Under the pieces are notes generated by a model, which had not been told where the DNA came from, did not search any database, and saw only the letters and a list, made by a program, of their open reading frames with translations. Shown piece after piece: positions 1 through 9,900 of a stretch of DNA of 64,000 nt. The stretch lies in contig OZ244561.1 in the NCBI GenBank assembly GCA_965217585.1, positions 960,001 to 1,024,000 of the forward strand, in the 5' to 3' direction. Source of the stretch: Candidatus Latescibacterota bacterium (GTDB lineage: Bacteria > Latescibacterota > UBA2968 > UBA8231). Each line of letters begins with the position of its first letter. The stretch's first letter is position 1. The translations under genes and the position numbers were made by a program.

Positions 1-1137
1 ATGAGCAAACTCAAAGTAGGCATGATCGGCGGCGGTGGCCCCGATTCCTTTTTCGGCATGGTCCACAACCGCGCCATCGCGCTCGACGCCAGCCGCGAAT
101 TGGTCGCCGGCGCGCTGCGTTCTAGCCCAGAGGCGGCGATGCGCGCTGCCGACGACTACGGCATCCAAGGTTATCCCACCTACCAAGCGCTGCTAGCGGC
201 GGTGCAAAGTGGCGAGCAGGCCCTCGATTACGTCACCATCGTCACCCCCAACTTCGCCCACTACGAGCCGGCCAAAGCCTTTTTGCAGGCGGGCATTCCC
301 GTACTCTGCGAAAAGCCGATTACCATGACAGTAGCCGAAGCCGAAGACTTGGCACAGATCGTCGAGCGCGAGTCTGTGCCCTTTGTGCTGGCCCATACCT
401 ATACGGGCCATCCGATGATGATGCTGGCCAAGGAAATGATCCAAAGCGGCGAGATCGGCCAAGTCCGCAAGGTGGATTCTTGGTACCATCAGGGTTGGCT
501 GGCCACGGCACTGGAACAGACCGGCCAGCAGCAGGCGTCTTGGCGCACCGATCCCGAGCGCACGGGCATTTCCAATTGCGGCGGCGACATTGGCACGCAC
601 GCCTTTGTCGCAGCGACTTGGGTGACCGGGCTAGCCGTCGGGCGGGTCTCGGCGCGGCTCAATACCTTTATCGAAGGCCGTGTGCTCGACGACGACTTCA
701 ACGTGATCGGCGAACTGGAAAACGGCGGCACCGCGCTGATCACGGCCACGCAGATCGCCGTTGGCTACCGCAACGACAACGGCTTCCGCGTCTTCGGCAC
801 CGAAGGCTCTATCGAATGGCATCAGGAGCGGGCCGAATGCCTGCTGGTGCGCCACGGCGATGGCCGCGACATTACCTATTGGATTGGTGCTGAATTCGGC
901 CTGCCCGAGTCGGTCGCCTCATACTTGCGGGTGCCCTCGGGACACCACGAGGACTTCTTCCCAGCCCTCGCCAACCTCCACACCACCATCGAGCGGCACA
1001 TCCGCACGCGCCGTGGCGAACAGGATGTGCCCGCGGCCTTTCCGCATCCGGGCGTGGAAGAGGGCGTAGCGGGCATGAAATTCGTTGCGGCCGCAGTAGA
1101 ATCGTCCAAGAACAGCGGCGCGTGGACGCAGGTTTAG
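1..1137 (+). CDS. Gfo/Idh/MocA family oxidoreductase
   Basis: N-terminal Rossmann GMIGGG, CEKP motif, GDIGTH catalytic segment. Confidence 0.9.
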   Translation: MSKLKVGMIGGGGPDSFFGMVHNRAIALDASRELVAGALRSSPEAAMRAADDYGIQGYPTYQALLAAVQSGEQALDYVTIVTPNFAHYEPAKAFLQAGIPVLCEKPITMTVAEAEDLAQIVERESVPFVLAHTYTGHPMMMLAKEMIQSGEIGQVRKVDSWYHQGWLATALEQTGQQQASWRTDPERTGISNCGGDIGTHAFVAATWVTGLAVGRVSARLNTFIEGRVLDDDFNVIGELENGGTALITATQIAVGYRNDNGFRVFGTEGSIEWHQERAECLLVRHGDGRDITYWIGAEFGLPESVASYLRVPSGHHEDFFPALANLHTTIERHIRTRRGEQDVPAAFPHPGVEEGVAGMKFVAAAVESSKNSGAWTQV

Positions 1138-1222
1138 TTGCGCATCGCTTCTTGAAATTATGTCAACTCTATGTCATCTTTATAGATAGGACCCCATAAA
1201 CCCTTTTCGAGGAGAATTTTCC

Positions 1223-3544
1223 ATGAAACTGCTTTACGTCGCCTGTGCTGCGGTCGTAGTATTCGCCGCCTGTGCAGACCGAGATCCCCTGTCATCCACC
1301 GCAGACCCATCTATCGCGTATAAAGCAGGCAAGCCGACCGTCTCTTCCGAGTCGGTCGCTGGCTTGCCTGAACCACGCGTGCCAGCGCACTTCACGGTGC
1401 GGATCGAAAACATCGGCACCGTCCTCGCTCCAGGCGCGTGGGTCGCCCAACGCGGTGGTACGCCCCTCTTCATCAACGGCCAGCCCGATCGCGGCGCTGG
1501 ACTCGAAGCACTCGCCGAGGACGGCAATCCGGCGGAGCTAGCCGCGAACCTCCACCCCAACAGCGGGATTTTCAACACACCGGTGGGAGCCGACGGCCCT
1601 GGACCGCTGACGCCGGATAATGCCTATGAGTTCAGCTTCGTTGCCCGTCCGGGCGACCGGCTGTCTTTCTCCACCATGTACGTTCAATCCAACGACCTGT
1701 TCTTAGCGCCAGACGAAACCGGTATTGCGCTGTTCATCGACGGACAGCCAATAAGCGGCGACATCACCGCTCAGATCGGCCTGTGGGATGCCGGTACGGA
1801 AGTCAACGAGGAGCCGGGCGTGGGCGAAAACCAAGCGCCGCGTCAGGCCGGTGCCAACACCGGCGCGGACGAAGGGGGTGTGGTGCGCTTAGGCGACGAC
1901 GGGTTCACCTATCCGGCCGTGGCCGATATCGTGCTCATCACCGTCACCTCCGTAGGTGGTGTGAGCGTAGAAGCAGGAGAAGGTGAAGGTGAAGGTGAAG
2001 GTGAAGGCGAAGGTGAGGGTGAAGGCGAAGGTGAGGGCGACGACGACATGAGCGACGACCTAACCGGGCCCGAAGTTGCGATAACGCCCGATGTCCTAGC
2101 CCTGACCAATGCGCTGATAAGCTATTTTCAGAACGCCCTGTTGGTCGCGCTGACCTCGGATGAGGCGACGATTGACGGAGCCAGCAGTGGCACGTTGGCC
2201 ATCGCGGGCAACGAGTGGGTGCTAACGGATTATTCGTCCGACGGGCTGCTGGTGCTCAACGGCACCCTGAACGTGGGCAAAGATCAGTTCCCGAGCATTC
2301 CCATAACTGGCGAGATAGCCGCTTCTGGTGCATTCGATGCTACGGTATCGTTAGACATTCTGGTCGATGTGTCTGGAGACGAGCCATCCTTGAGCGGCAC
2401 CATTACCGTTGGGGTGCCTTACGACATCAGTGCTATCATCGCGGCGGCTGAGGCAGGTGCCATGGACGGCGACGACGATAGCGACGGCGATAGCGACGGC
2501 GACGGTGAAGGCGAAGACGACGGCGACGGCGAGGAGTCCGCGCAGCAGTTAGGAGTGAATGATACCTATGACAACATCCGCGCCGGTGTCCGGCTGATCT
2601 TGTCGTACGACGCGGAGGCCAACGCCTTCACCGGCACGGCGGAGAATACCACGGACGCGACGCTGGAGCAGGTTCGCGTGGAAGTCCACCTCTCAAACGG
2701 GACCGAACTGGGACCGACGACGCCCACCGACTTGGCCTCCGGCCAGAGCATTCCGATTACCCTTCCCGCAACGAGCGAATCCTTCGACACTTGGAGCGCA
2801 CATCCGGAGGTTGGTGCTGGCGGTGAGGGTGAAGGCGAAGGCGAGGGCGACGACGACGGCGAAGGCGAAGGCGAGGGCGACGACGATAGCTCTGAGATGA
2901 CCATCACTTCCGCGCGGACCATCTCTTCCGATCCAGCCGCCGGCTTGGCTGAAGCGCGCGTGCCAGCGCAATTCACGGTGCGGATCGAAAACATCGGCAC
3001 CGTCCTCGCTCCAGGCGCGTGGGTCGCCCAACGCGGCGGTACGCCTATCTTCACCGACGGCCAACCCGATCGCGGTGCTGGCCTCGAAGCACTCGCCGAG
3101 GACGGCAATCCGGCGGAGCTAGCCGCGAGCCTCTACACAAACAGCGGGATTTTCAACACGCCGGTGGGGGCCGACAGCCCCGGCCCGCTGACGCCGGACA
3201 ACGCCTATGAGTTCAGCTTCACGGCCCGTCCGGGCGACCGGCTGTCTTTCGCCACCATGTACGTGCAATCCAACGACCTGTTCTTGGCACCGGATGAAAC
3301 CGGCATTGCGCTGTTCACCAACGGACAGCCGATAAGCGGCGACATCACCGCTCAGATCGGCCTGTGGGATGCCGGTACGGAAGTCAACGAGGAGCCGGGC
3401 GTGGGCGAAAACCAAGCACCGCGTCAGGCCGGTGCCAACACCGGCGCGGACGAAGGAGGCACAGTGCGCTTAGTGGACGATGGGTTCACCTATCCGGCCG
3501 TGGCCGACATCGTGCTCATCACCATCTCCTCCTCTGGTGGCTGA
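1223..3544 (+). CDS. Lipoprotein with two spondin_N-like domains and acidic Gly-Glu/Asp linkers
   Basis: Lipobox FAAC; two near-identical domains containing GLEALAEDG, SFxTMYVQSNDLF and WDAGTEVN; GAGGAG RBS. Confidence 0.85.
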   Translation: MKLLYVACAAVVVFAACADRDPLSSTADPSIAYKAGKPTVSSESVAGLPEPRVPAHFTVRIENIGTVLAPGAWVAQRGGTPLFINGQPDRGAGLEALAEDGNPAELAANLHPNSGIFNTPVGADGPGPLTPDNAYEFSFVARPGDRLSFSTMYVQSNDLFLAPDETGIALFIDGQPISGDITAQIGLWDAGTEVNEEPGVGENQAPRQAGANTGADEGGVVRLGDDGFTYPAVADIVLITVTSVGGVSVEAGEGEGEGEGEGEGEGEGEGEGDDDMSDDLTGPEVAITPDVLALTNALISYFQNALLVALTSDEATIDGASSGTLAIAGNEWVLTDYSSDGLLVLNGTLNVGKDQFPSIPITGEIAASGAFDATVSLDILVDVSGDEPSLSGTITVGVPYDISAIIAAAEAGAMDGDDDSDGDSDGDGEGEDDGDGEESAQQLGVNDTYDNIRAGVRLILSYDAEANAFTGTAENTTDATLEQVRVEVHLSNGTELGPTTPTDLASGQSIPITLPATSESFDTWSAHPEVGAGGEGEGEGEGDDDGEGEGEGDDDSSEMTITSARTISSDPAAGLAEARVPAQFTVRIENIGTVLAPGAWVAQRGGTPIFTDGQPDRGAGLEALAEDGNPAELAASLYTNSGIFNTPVGADSPGPLTPDNAYEFSFTARPGDRLSFATMYVQSNDLFLAPDETGIALFTNGQPISGDITAQIGLWDAGTEVNEEPGVGENQAPRQAGANTGADEGGTVRLVDDGFTYPAVADIVLITISSSGG
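1976..2048 (+). repeat. 6-bp GGTGAA/GGCGAA tandem repeat encoding poly(GE)
   Basis: Directly visible; similar tracts near 2465-2532 and 2822-2887. Confidence 0.9.
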
Positions 3545-3583
3545 GATGACTCAGTGCCAGCGACATAGGCACTGTTAAACAAG

Positions 3584-3625
3584 AAAAGTGGAGGCAACGG
3601 TCTTGCTCGTTGCCTCCACTTTTTT
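3584..3625. terminator. Bidirectional intrinsic terminator
   Basis: AAAAGTGGAGGCAACG ... CGTTGCCTCCACTTTT inverted repeat with A and T tails between convergent genes. Confidence 0.85.
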
Positions 3626-3648
3626 GTCACCTAGTGTTACGCAACCCC

Positions 3649-4659
3649 CTATTCCTCGTCGTAGCGTATCCGCGGATCGAGCCAAGCGTAGAGAATGTCG
3701 GCGATGAGGTTGGCCAGCACGAACACCGTGGCCAGCAGCAAAACTCCGCCCTGCACAGCGCGGAAGTCGCGCGCCTGCACCGCCAAAAAGAGCCAGCGTC
3801 CGACCCCGGGCCAAGCGAAGATAGTCTCGGTGATGACCGCGCCCCCGAGCAGGTAGCCGAATTCGAGGGCAATGACCGTAAGCGTGGGTATAAAGGCGTT
3901 TTTCAGGGCGTGGCGCACAATCACCACCCGCTGCCGCAGGCCCTTGGCCCAAGCCGTGCGGATGTAGTCCTCGCCGAGGACGTCGAGCAGGCTGGCGCGG
4001 GTCATGCGCGCAATGACGGCCATGGGAATGGTCCCCAAGGTCAGGGCCGGCAGGAAGAGGTGCCACAGCACGTCGCCGCAGGCCGCGAAATCGCCCTGCG
4101 CGAGGGCGTCGATTACGTAGAAATAGGTAATCGGCTCAAAGTAAATATGCGTGCTCAAGCGGCCGGACACCGGAAAGAGCGGCACGTAAAAGGCCAACAG
4201 CAACACCAGCATCAGGGCCAGCCAAAATACGGGAATGGAAATGCCGGCCGTGGCCAAGATCATGCTGAGGAGATCGGCGATCTTGCCCCGCCGCACCGCG
4301 GCCCACAGCCCGGCCGAGATGCCGACTGTCATGGCCAACAGCATACTGGCCAAGGTTAGCTCGCAGGTGGCCGGGAAGCGCTGGAAGAGTTCGGTGGTGA
4401 TTTTCTCGTGGGTGCGAATCGAGCGGCCTAGATCGCCGCGCAATAGACCAGTGAAGAAGCGGTAAAACTGCACGTGGAAGGGCTGGTCGAGGCCCATGGT
4501 CGCACGCAACTCAGCCAAGCTCTCGGCATTGGCGCGCTCCCCGAGCATGACTTGGGCCGGATCCCCTGGCACCAAGTAGAGCATCAAAAAAACCAACAGC
4601 GAAATACCCGCCAGCGTCGGCAAGAGCGCGATGAGCCGCCGGAGGACGAAGCGGTACAT
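3649..4659 (-). CDS. dppB: Peptide/nickel ABC transporter permease (DppB-like)
   Basis: PGDPA N-terminal motif, EDYIRTAWAKGL EAA loop, ITETIFAWPGVG. Confidence 0.9.
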   Translation of the reverse strand: MYRFVLRRLIALLPTLAGISLLVFLMLYLVPGDPAQVMLGERANAESLAELRATMGLDQPFHVQFYRFFTGLLRGDLGRSIRTHEKITTELFQRFPATCELTLASMLLAMTVGISAGLWAAVRRGKIADLLSMILATAGISIPVFWLALMLVLLLAFYVPLFPVSGRLSTHIYFEPITYFYVIDALAQGDFAACGDVLWHLFLPALTLGTIPMAVIARMTRASLLDVLGEDYIRTAWAKGLRQRVVIVRHALKNAFIPTLTVIALEFGYLLGGAVITETIFAWPGVGRWLFLAVQARDFRAVQGGVLLLATVFVLANLIADILYAWLDPRIRYDEE

Positions 4660-4662
4660 GGC

Positions 4663-6276
4663 TCAAGGCGCCAGCGCGGTGCTGTGGAACCACTTGCTGC
4701 CGGTGGGATGCAGCTTGAAGCCAGTGACGCGGCGCTGAAAAACCACCGTCTGCGTCGCGTGTACTAGGGGGACCCAAGGAGCGTCGCGGTGGACTATTTC
4801 CTGCGCTTGGGCGTAGAGCCGCGTGCGTGCGTCGCGGTCGGTGGAGCGACGGGCCGCGACGAGCGCCTCGTGCAGCTCGGCACTGCGGTAGAAGGCGATA
4901 TTCTGGGCGGGCTTGATGGCTGCGGTTGAATCGAGGAGCACGTAGAGGAAGTTGTCCGGGTCGCCGTTGTCGCCGGTCCAGCCCAACAAAGCCATCTGGT
5001 GCTGGCCGTCGAACACCTTGTCCAAGTAGGTCCCCCATTCCCACGACACAATGCGGGCGTGGATGCCCACCTTTTCGAGGTCGGCCTGAATCGCCTCGGC
5101 GATCTTGCCCGGCTGCGGCATATAGGGCCGTGGCACCGGCATGGCCCACAACTCGGTCTCAAAGCCGTCGGCATAACCAGCTTCCGCCAGCAAGGCTCGC
5201 GCTTTCGCCGGATCATAGCGATAACCCGCAATGGTGTCGTTGTAGCTCCACAAGGTCGGCGGGATGGGATTTTTGGCCGGCATGGCCAAGCCCTCGTAGA
5301 AATTATCCACGAGAGCCTGTTTATCAACGGCGTGATTTACGGCTCGGCGCACCCGCACATCGTCGAAGGGCTTCTTGTCCATGTTCATGGCCAAGTAGCC
5401 GACGTTCATGCCCGCCTGCGTCAAGAGGTGGAGGCTGGAGTCGGCGCGAATCGGCTCAATGTACTCAGGGCTTAGATTGTCGAAGCCGTGGATCGTGCCT
5501 TGCGCAAGCTCCAAGAAGCGCACCGAGGCTTCCTGAATAGGCTTGAAAATTAGGCGGTCAAGCTGCGGCTTGGGGCCCCAGTAATCGCGGTTGCGCGCCA
5601 AGACGATGCGCTCGTCCTTGCGCCATTCGATAAAGCGGAAGGGGCCGGTGCCAACCGGATTTTTGAAGTAATCGCGGCCATAACGGGCCACCGCAGTGGG
5701 GCTGACGGCCGCACAGAAGTTCATCGCCAAATTCCCCAAGAAAGGGGCATGCGGCTCTTTGAGGCGGATGACAAAGGTCGAATCGTCCGGGGCCTCTAGC
5801 GCGGCGACAATGTCGTCCATGCCCATGGCCTGCCAGTACTTATAAGCGCCGGCGACCTTGTGGAAGGGATGATCTTTGTCAAACTGCCGCTCGAGGGAAA
5901 ACAGCATGGCCTCGGCGTTAAAGGGGGTGCCGTCGTGAAAGTGGACCCCCGTGCGCAAGTGGAAGGTCCACGTAAGCTGATCGTCCGCGATGTCCCAAGA
6001 ATGCGCTAGCTGCGGCACGACAGCCGTGCTCGCGCTGTCGTAGGTCACCAACGTCTCGTAGATGTTGTCGCAGACCTTGAACGACTCGCCGTCGTTTTCA
6101 ATCCCCGGATCCAGCCCGATCGAATCCGAACCACGGCCAAAAACCAAGGTGTGCTGCGTGCGTTCCTCTCGGCCGCAGGCGACGAGTACGGCAACAACTA
6201 TAGCAATCCTGAATGATTGAACAATTCGAGATGCGGATCGTCTTGTTTCTACTATTCTGCGTCCATCTGCGTCCAT
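4663..6276 (-). CDS. dppA: Peptide ABC transporter substrate-binding lipoprotein (DppA-like, SBP family 5); start uncertain
   Basis: Lipobox LVAC, FHDGTPFNA, PVGTGPF. The ORF-track extension to 6582 overlaps the next gene, so ATG 6276 was chosen. Confidence 0.85.
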   Translation of the reverse strand: MDADGRRIVETRRSASRIVQSFRIAIVVAVLVACGREERTQHTLVFGRGSDSIGLDPGIENDGESFKVCDNIYETLVTYDSASTAVVPQLAHSWDIADDQLTWTFHLRTGVHFHDGTPFNAEAMLFSLERQFDKDHPFHKVAGAYKYWQAMGMDDIVAALEAPDDSTFVIRLKEPHAPFLGNLAMNFCAAVSPTAVARYGRDYFKNPVGTGPFRFIEWRKDERIVLARNRDYWGPKPQLDRLIFKPIQEASVRFLELAQGTIHGFDNLSPEYIEPIRADSSLHLLTQAGMNVGYLAMNMDKKPFDDVRVRRAVNHAVDKQALVDNFYEGLAMPAKNPIPPTLWSYNDTIAGYRYDPAKARALLAEAGYADGFETELWAMPVPRPYMPQPGKIAEAIQADLEKVGIHARIVSWEWGTYLDKVFDGQHQMALLGWTGDNGDPDNFLYVLLDSTAAIKPAQNIAFYRSAELHEALVAARRSTDRDARTRLYAQAQEIVHRDAPWVPLVHATQTVVFQRRVTGFKLHPTGSKWFHSTALAP

Positions 6277-6337
6277 CTGCGGATCATCTTGTGAATGATG
6301 TAGGATTGCTATAGGAGGGCGACAAAACGCTGCAACG

Positions 6338-7327
6338 CTAGTCCTCAAACGCCGCGTCAAAGGCAATGTCCGAGGGCGGAAAATCGACCTGTTTGACGAA
6401 GGCGGCCGCTTCCGTCGCGCCGTGGACGCGATCCATGCCGCTGTCTTCCCATTCGACCGACAGCGGCCCTTGGTAGTTGATGCGGTTGAGGGCGCGGATG
6501 ATTTCCTCGAAGTCGATATTGCCGCGGCCCAACGAGCGGAAGTCCCAATAGCGCCGACGGTCGCCGAACTCGGTGTGCCCACCGAAGACCCCGGCGTCGG
6601 TCGGCGTCGCGGACCAGCCTACGTCCTTCATGTGGACGTGGAAGATGCGGTCGCTGAAGCGGTAAATGAACTCGACGTAGTCCACGCCCTGGTAGCCGAG
6701 GTGGCTGGGGTCGTAGTTGAAGCCAAAGGCCGGGTGGCCGTCGAGTGCTTGGATGGCGCGCTCGGCCGAGGCAATATCAAAGGCGATTTCCGTGGGATGT
6801 ACCTCTAGCGCGAACTTGACGTCAATCGCTTGGTATTGGTCGAGGATGGGTTTCCAGCGCGCGGCAAAGTCCGCGTACCCAGCCTCGATCATGTCGGGGG
6901 ATACCGGCGGGAATGAATAGAGCAAAGGCCAGATCGAGGAGCCGGTAAAGCCGTTGACCACGTCAACCCCGAGCCGGGCGGCCGCTTGCCCGGTGGCGAT
7001 CATCTCTTCGGCCGCGCGCTGGCGCACGCCCTCTGGGCTGCCGTCGCCGAAGATGCGCGGGGGCAGAATGGCTTGGTGGCGGCTGTCGATGGCGTCGCAC
7101 ACGGCTTGGCCGACGAGGTGATTGGAAATGGAAAACAGCGCTAGATCGCATTTTGCGAGCAGTTCGCGCTTGGCCTGGCAATAGGCATCGGTGGCTTGGT
7201 CAACCTCAAAGTGGTCTCCCCAGCAGGCCAGCTCCAAGCCATCGTAGCCGAATTCAACGGCCTGTTGGCAGAGGGTCTCAATAGGCAGGTCGGCCCACTG
7301 GCCAGTGAAGAGGGTGACGGGTCGCAT
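6338..7327 (-). CDS. Sugar phosphate isomerase/epimerase (xylose isomerase-like TIM barrel)
   Basis: GYDGLEL, FALEVHP, YDPSH, HVHMKD and SVEWED metal-binding motifs. Confidence 0.9.
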   Translation of the reverse strand: MRPVTLFTGQWADLPIETLCQQAVEFGYDGLELACWGDHFEVDQATDAYCQAKRELLAKCDLALFSISNHLVGQAVCDAIDSRHQAILPPRIFGDGSPEGVRQRAAEEMIATGQAAARLGVDVVNGFTGSSIWPLLYSFPPVSPDMIEAGYADFAARWKPILDQYQAIDVKFALEVHPTEIAFDIASAERAIQALDGHPAFGFNYDPSHLGYQGVDYVEFIYRFSDRIFHVHMKDVGWSATPTDAGVFGGHTEFGDRRRYWDFRSLGRGNIDFEEIIRALNRINYQGPLSVEWEDSGMDRVHGATEAAAFVKQVDFPPSDIAFDAAFED

Positions 7328-7404
7328 TGCAGTCGCTCCTTGTTGGTGTTTGTATGAGAGGGAGTATATACGCCGGTCGCCGCCGGGGTGTCAAGGCCGG
7401 GCCG

Positions 7405-8175
7405 CTAGCGGCTGAGCGACTTTTCCCGCCGCAGGTCGATGTCAAAGATGCGCAGGTAGCGGCCCTGAAACTCGCCGATGACCTCGGGGATCTGGTCCGC
7501 GTCGAGGTCGAGCAGGCCCATGCGTTCGCCAAAAGGCTCGGGCGACTGCCACTCCAAGTCGAAGAAGCGGGCGTCGAACACGTAGCCGTCGTTGAGCACG
7601 ATCTCGTCTTCGTCGTCCCCATCCACATCGCCGATGAGGATCTGATGGGCCGTTAAGTCAGTCTGGTCGCTGCGCCACTGCTCGTACTGGTCGCGGCCGT
7701 CGTACACGATTAAGCGGCCATCGGCACAAAACACGAGCTCGGGCTGGGGATCGTCGTCAATGTCGCCGATGGTCAGGCTGGTAATGCGGGCGTATTCATT
7801 GGGCGAGTTGCTCCACAGGAGCGCGTAGTCCTGAGAGTCGAAGTAATACACGCGGCCGTGGTTGGTATAGGCGACGATTTCGTCGAGCTGGTCGTCGTTG
7901 ATATCGAGGACGAAGACGCCGGCCACGGCCCCTTCGAGATAGTCGCTGTCCCACACCCCGGTATAGGTGCGATCGCGCTCTTCATAGACGTGGATCCGGC
8001 CGTTGTTGTCGCCGAGCACGAGGCGGGCTGGACCTTCGCCCGCGGGCAGGCGCTGGATATTGTCGAATTCGTCTAGGTCGCCGCTATAAGCCGGCCATTC
8101 CGCGGCTTGCCCCGTGCTGGACACGGGGGGAACCAGCCATAACGCGCATAAGATCAACCGCAACATGATAGACAT
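7405..8175 (-). CDS. Secreted FG-GAP/VCBS-like repeat protein
   Basis: Signal peptide; repeated D-[IVL]-[DN]-x-D-x-x-x-E-[IVL] calcium-blade motifs. Confidence 0.7.
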   Translation of the reverse strand: MSIMLRLILCALWLVPPVSSTGQAAEWPAYSGDLDEFDNIQRLPAGEGPARLVLGDNNGRIHVYEERDRTYTGVWDSDYLEGAVAGVFVLDINDDQLDEIVAYTNHGRVYYFDSQDYALLWSNSPNEYARITSLTIGDIDDDPQPELVFCADGRLIVYDGRDQYEQWRSDQTDLTAHQILIGDVDGDDEDEIVLNDGYVFDARFFDLEWQSPEPFGERMGLLDLDADQIPEVIGEFQGRYLRIFDIDLRREKSLSR

Positions 8176-9386
8176 TACTCCTTGGTGGCGGCCGCGCGAG
8201 CGGCCTCATATACGGAGAGCAAGGGCACTTGGTGCTCTTGGGCTAGCCGTGCGCAGTCCTCGTATTCAGGGGCGGCGCGGCGGCGTCCGTCTATACAGCT
8301 AAACTTGACGCCGACCTCCCCGTACGGCGTGGCAACGGTGCGGATCTGGCGTTCCAAGACGCGGCGTTCCACCCCGTAGTAGCGCAGGCCGATGGTAGTC
8401 GTTTCTTGCAGGACGATCGCGGCTAGCTCGTCCAAGCGGCCCACTGGAGCGAGGACGCTGAGGACGTTGCCTGGGCGGCCCTTCTTCATGAGGACCGGCG
8501 TGGCGTACACGTCGCACGCGCCCTGCGCTAGCAGCCGGTCGAAGAGGTAACCGTACACTTCTGGATTCATGTCGTCGATATTGGCTTCGATCAGCAGGAC
8601 GCGCTCGCTGGCCGGCGTACGCTCACCCAAACGCAGGCGCAATAGATTGGGGATGGCCTCTAAGTCGCGGCGGCCCGCGCCATAGCCGACGGCCTGTTGG
8701 CAAAAGGGCGGCTGTGGCCCAAAGGAACTAGCCAAAGTGGTGATAATCGCCGCCCCGGTCGGGGTGACGAGCTCGGCGCGGATATCGGTCTGTTCGGTCG
8801 GCACGTCGCGGCATAAGGCCAAGACCCCGGGCACGGGCACCGGATAGCGCCCGTGCGCACAGCGCACAAAACCCGTGCCAAAGCGCAGGGGCGAAGCGCA
8901 GACTTCGTCCACCTCCAAAAGTTGGAGGCCAGCCACGGCCCCTACTACGTCTATCAGGGCGTCGAGGGCTCCCACTTCGTGCAGGGCCACTTCGGCGGGC
9001 GCGGCGTTGTGCACCTCGGCTTCGGCTGCACACAGGCGCTCAAATACGCGGATGGAGCGTTCCTTGACGACGCTGTCTAAGCGGCTGTCGTCAATGCGGC
9101 TAGTTATATCTTTGAGGTGAGCGTGCGCGTGAGCGTGCGTGTGTTCGCCAGACAGGTCGAGATGGTGCTCGGCGTCGGCCAAAGGTGCACCGGCCACGCA
9201 GACTTTGGCGCGGGTGGCGGCAATGGCGTGCCGGGCGGTGGGTTCGCGTTCAATGGCGACGTCCTGTACGCCCAGCTTGGCGATTTCTCGGTTGAGGTCC
9301 TCTAGCGCGAGACCAGCGTCGAGCAGGGCACCCAAGATCATGTCGCCGCTGATACCTGAGAAACAGTCGAAATAGGCGATTTTCAT
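8175..9386 (-). CDS. larC: Nickel pincer cofactor biosynthesis protein LarC
   Basis: YFDCFSGISGDM, His-rich linker, HEVGALD, ELVTPTGAAI, EANIDDM, MKKGRPG. Confidence 0.93.
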   Translation of the reverse strand: MKIAYFDCFSGISGDMILGALLDAGLALEDLNREIAKLGVQDVAIEREPTARHAIAATRAKVCVAGAPLADAEHHLDLSGEHTHAHAHAHLKDITSRIDDSRLDSVVKERSIRVFERLCAAEAEVHNAAPAEVALHEVGALDALIDVVGAVAGLQLLEVDEVCASPLRFGTGFVRCAHGRYPVPVPGVLALCRDVPTEQTDIRAELVTPTGAAIITTLASSFGPQPPFCQQAVGYGAGRRDLEAIPNLLRLRLGERTPASERVLLIEANIDDMNPEVYGYLFDRLLAQGACDVYATPVLMKKGRPGNVLSVLAPVGRLDELAAIVLQETTTIGLRYYGVERRVLERQIRTVATPYGEVGVKFSCIDGRRRAAPEYEDCARLAQEHQVPLLSVYEAARAAATKE

Positions 9387-9401
9387 CTTCGCGTCTCGCG
9401 C

Positions 9402-9881
9402 TCAGGGCAGGCGCTTGAGGTCGGCCTTGCGCTTCTTCCAGTCGAATTCTTCGGCAAAGTCATACACATCGACGAAGTCTTCAATCCGGTCCTCATCTGT
9501 CTTACGCAGCAAATTCGCGCCGACCAAGTTGAAGACAATCTCGCCGAAATCGCGCGTTTGCTCGATGCCCCAGTGGGCAAAGACCGAGCAGGTGAGCGGC
9601 CCAAATTGATCGGCGCTGTACTCGCTGATGCCGAGTAGCAGATCCCGGCCGGAAATGTGCCGCTTCTCTTCGGTCAAGGCGTCCTTGTCCCCTAAAAATT
9701 CGGCCGACGCTTGGGGAAGTCCACCAATGTGCCGCTTCTCTTCGGTCAAGGCGTCCTTGTCCTTGCCGAGCCTTTGCACCGTGTATTCTAGCGCATCGTA
9801 CACAAAGAGATACGCATCGCTCTTATAGCGACCGTCGTGCTCGGCCAGATTTTCGATTTCTTGCAGCGCTTTTGGTTCCAT
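9402..9881 (-). CDS. Minf_1886-like conserved protein with an internal 24-aa insertion/duplication
   Basis: DGRY..DAYLFV, RHISGRDLL, WGI..TRDFGEIVFNLV. Confidence 0.75.
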   Translation of the reverse strand: MEPKALQEIENLAEHDGRYKSDAYLFVYDALEYTVQRLGKDKDALTEEKRHIGGLPQASAEFLGDKDALTEEKRHISGRDLLLGISEYSADQFGPLTCSVFAHWGIEQTRDFGEIVFNLVGANLLRKTDEDRIEDFVDVYDFAEEFDWKKRKADLKRLP

Positions 9882-9900
9882 CGCAAGAGGGCCAATAAAA

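Noticed and set aside
6277-6582. Long N-terminal extension of the DppA ORF
   Set aside because: Overlaps the isomerase gene in another frame and lies upstream of the lipoprotein signal
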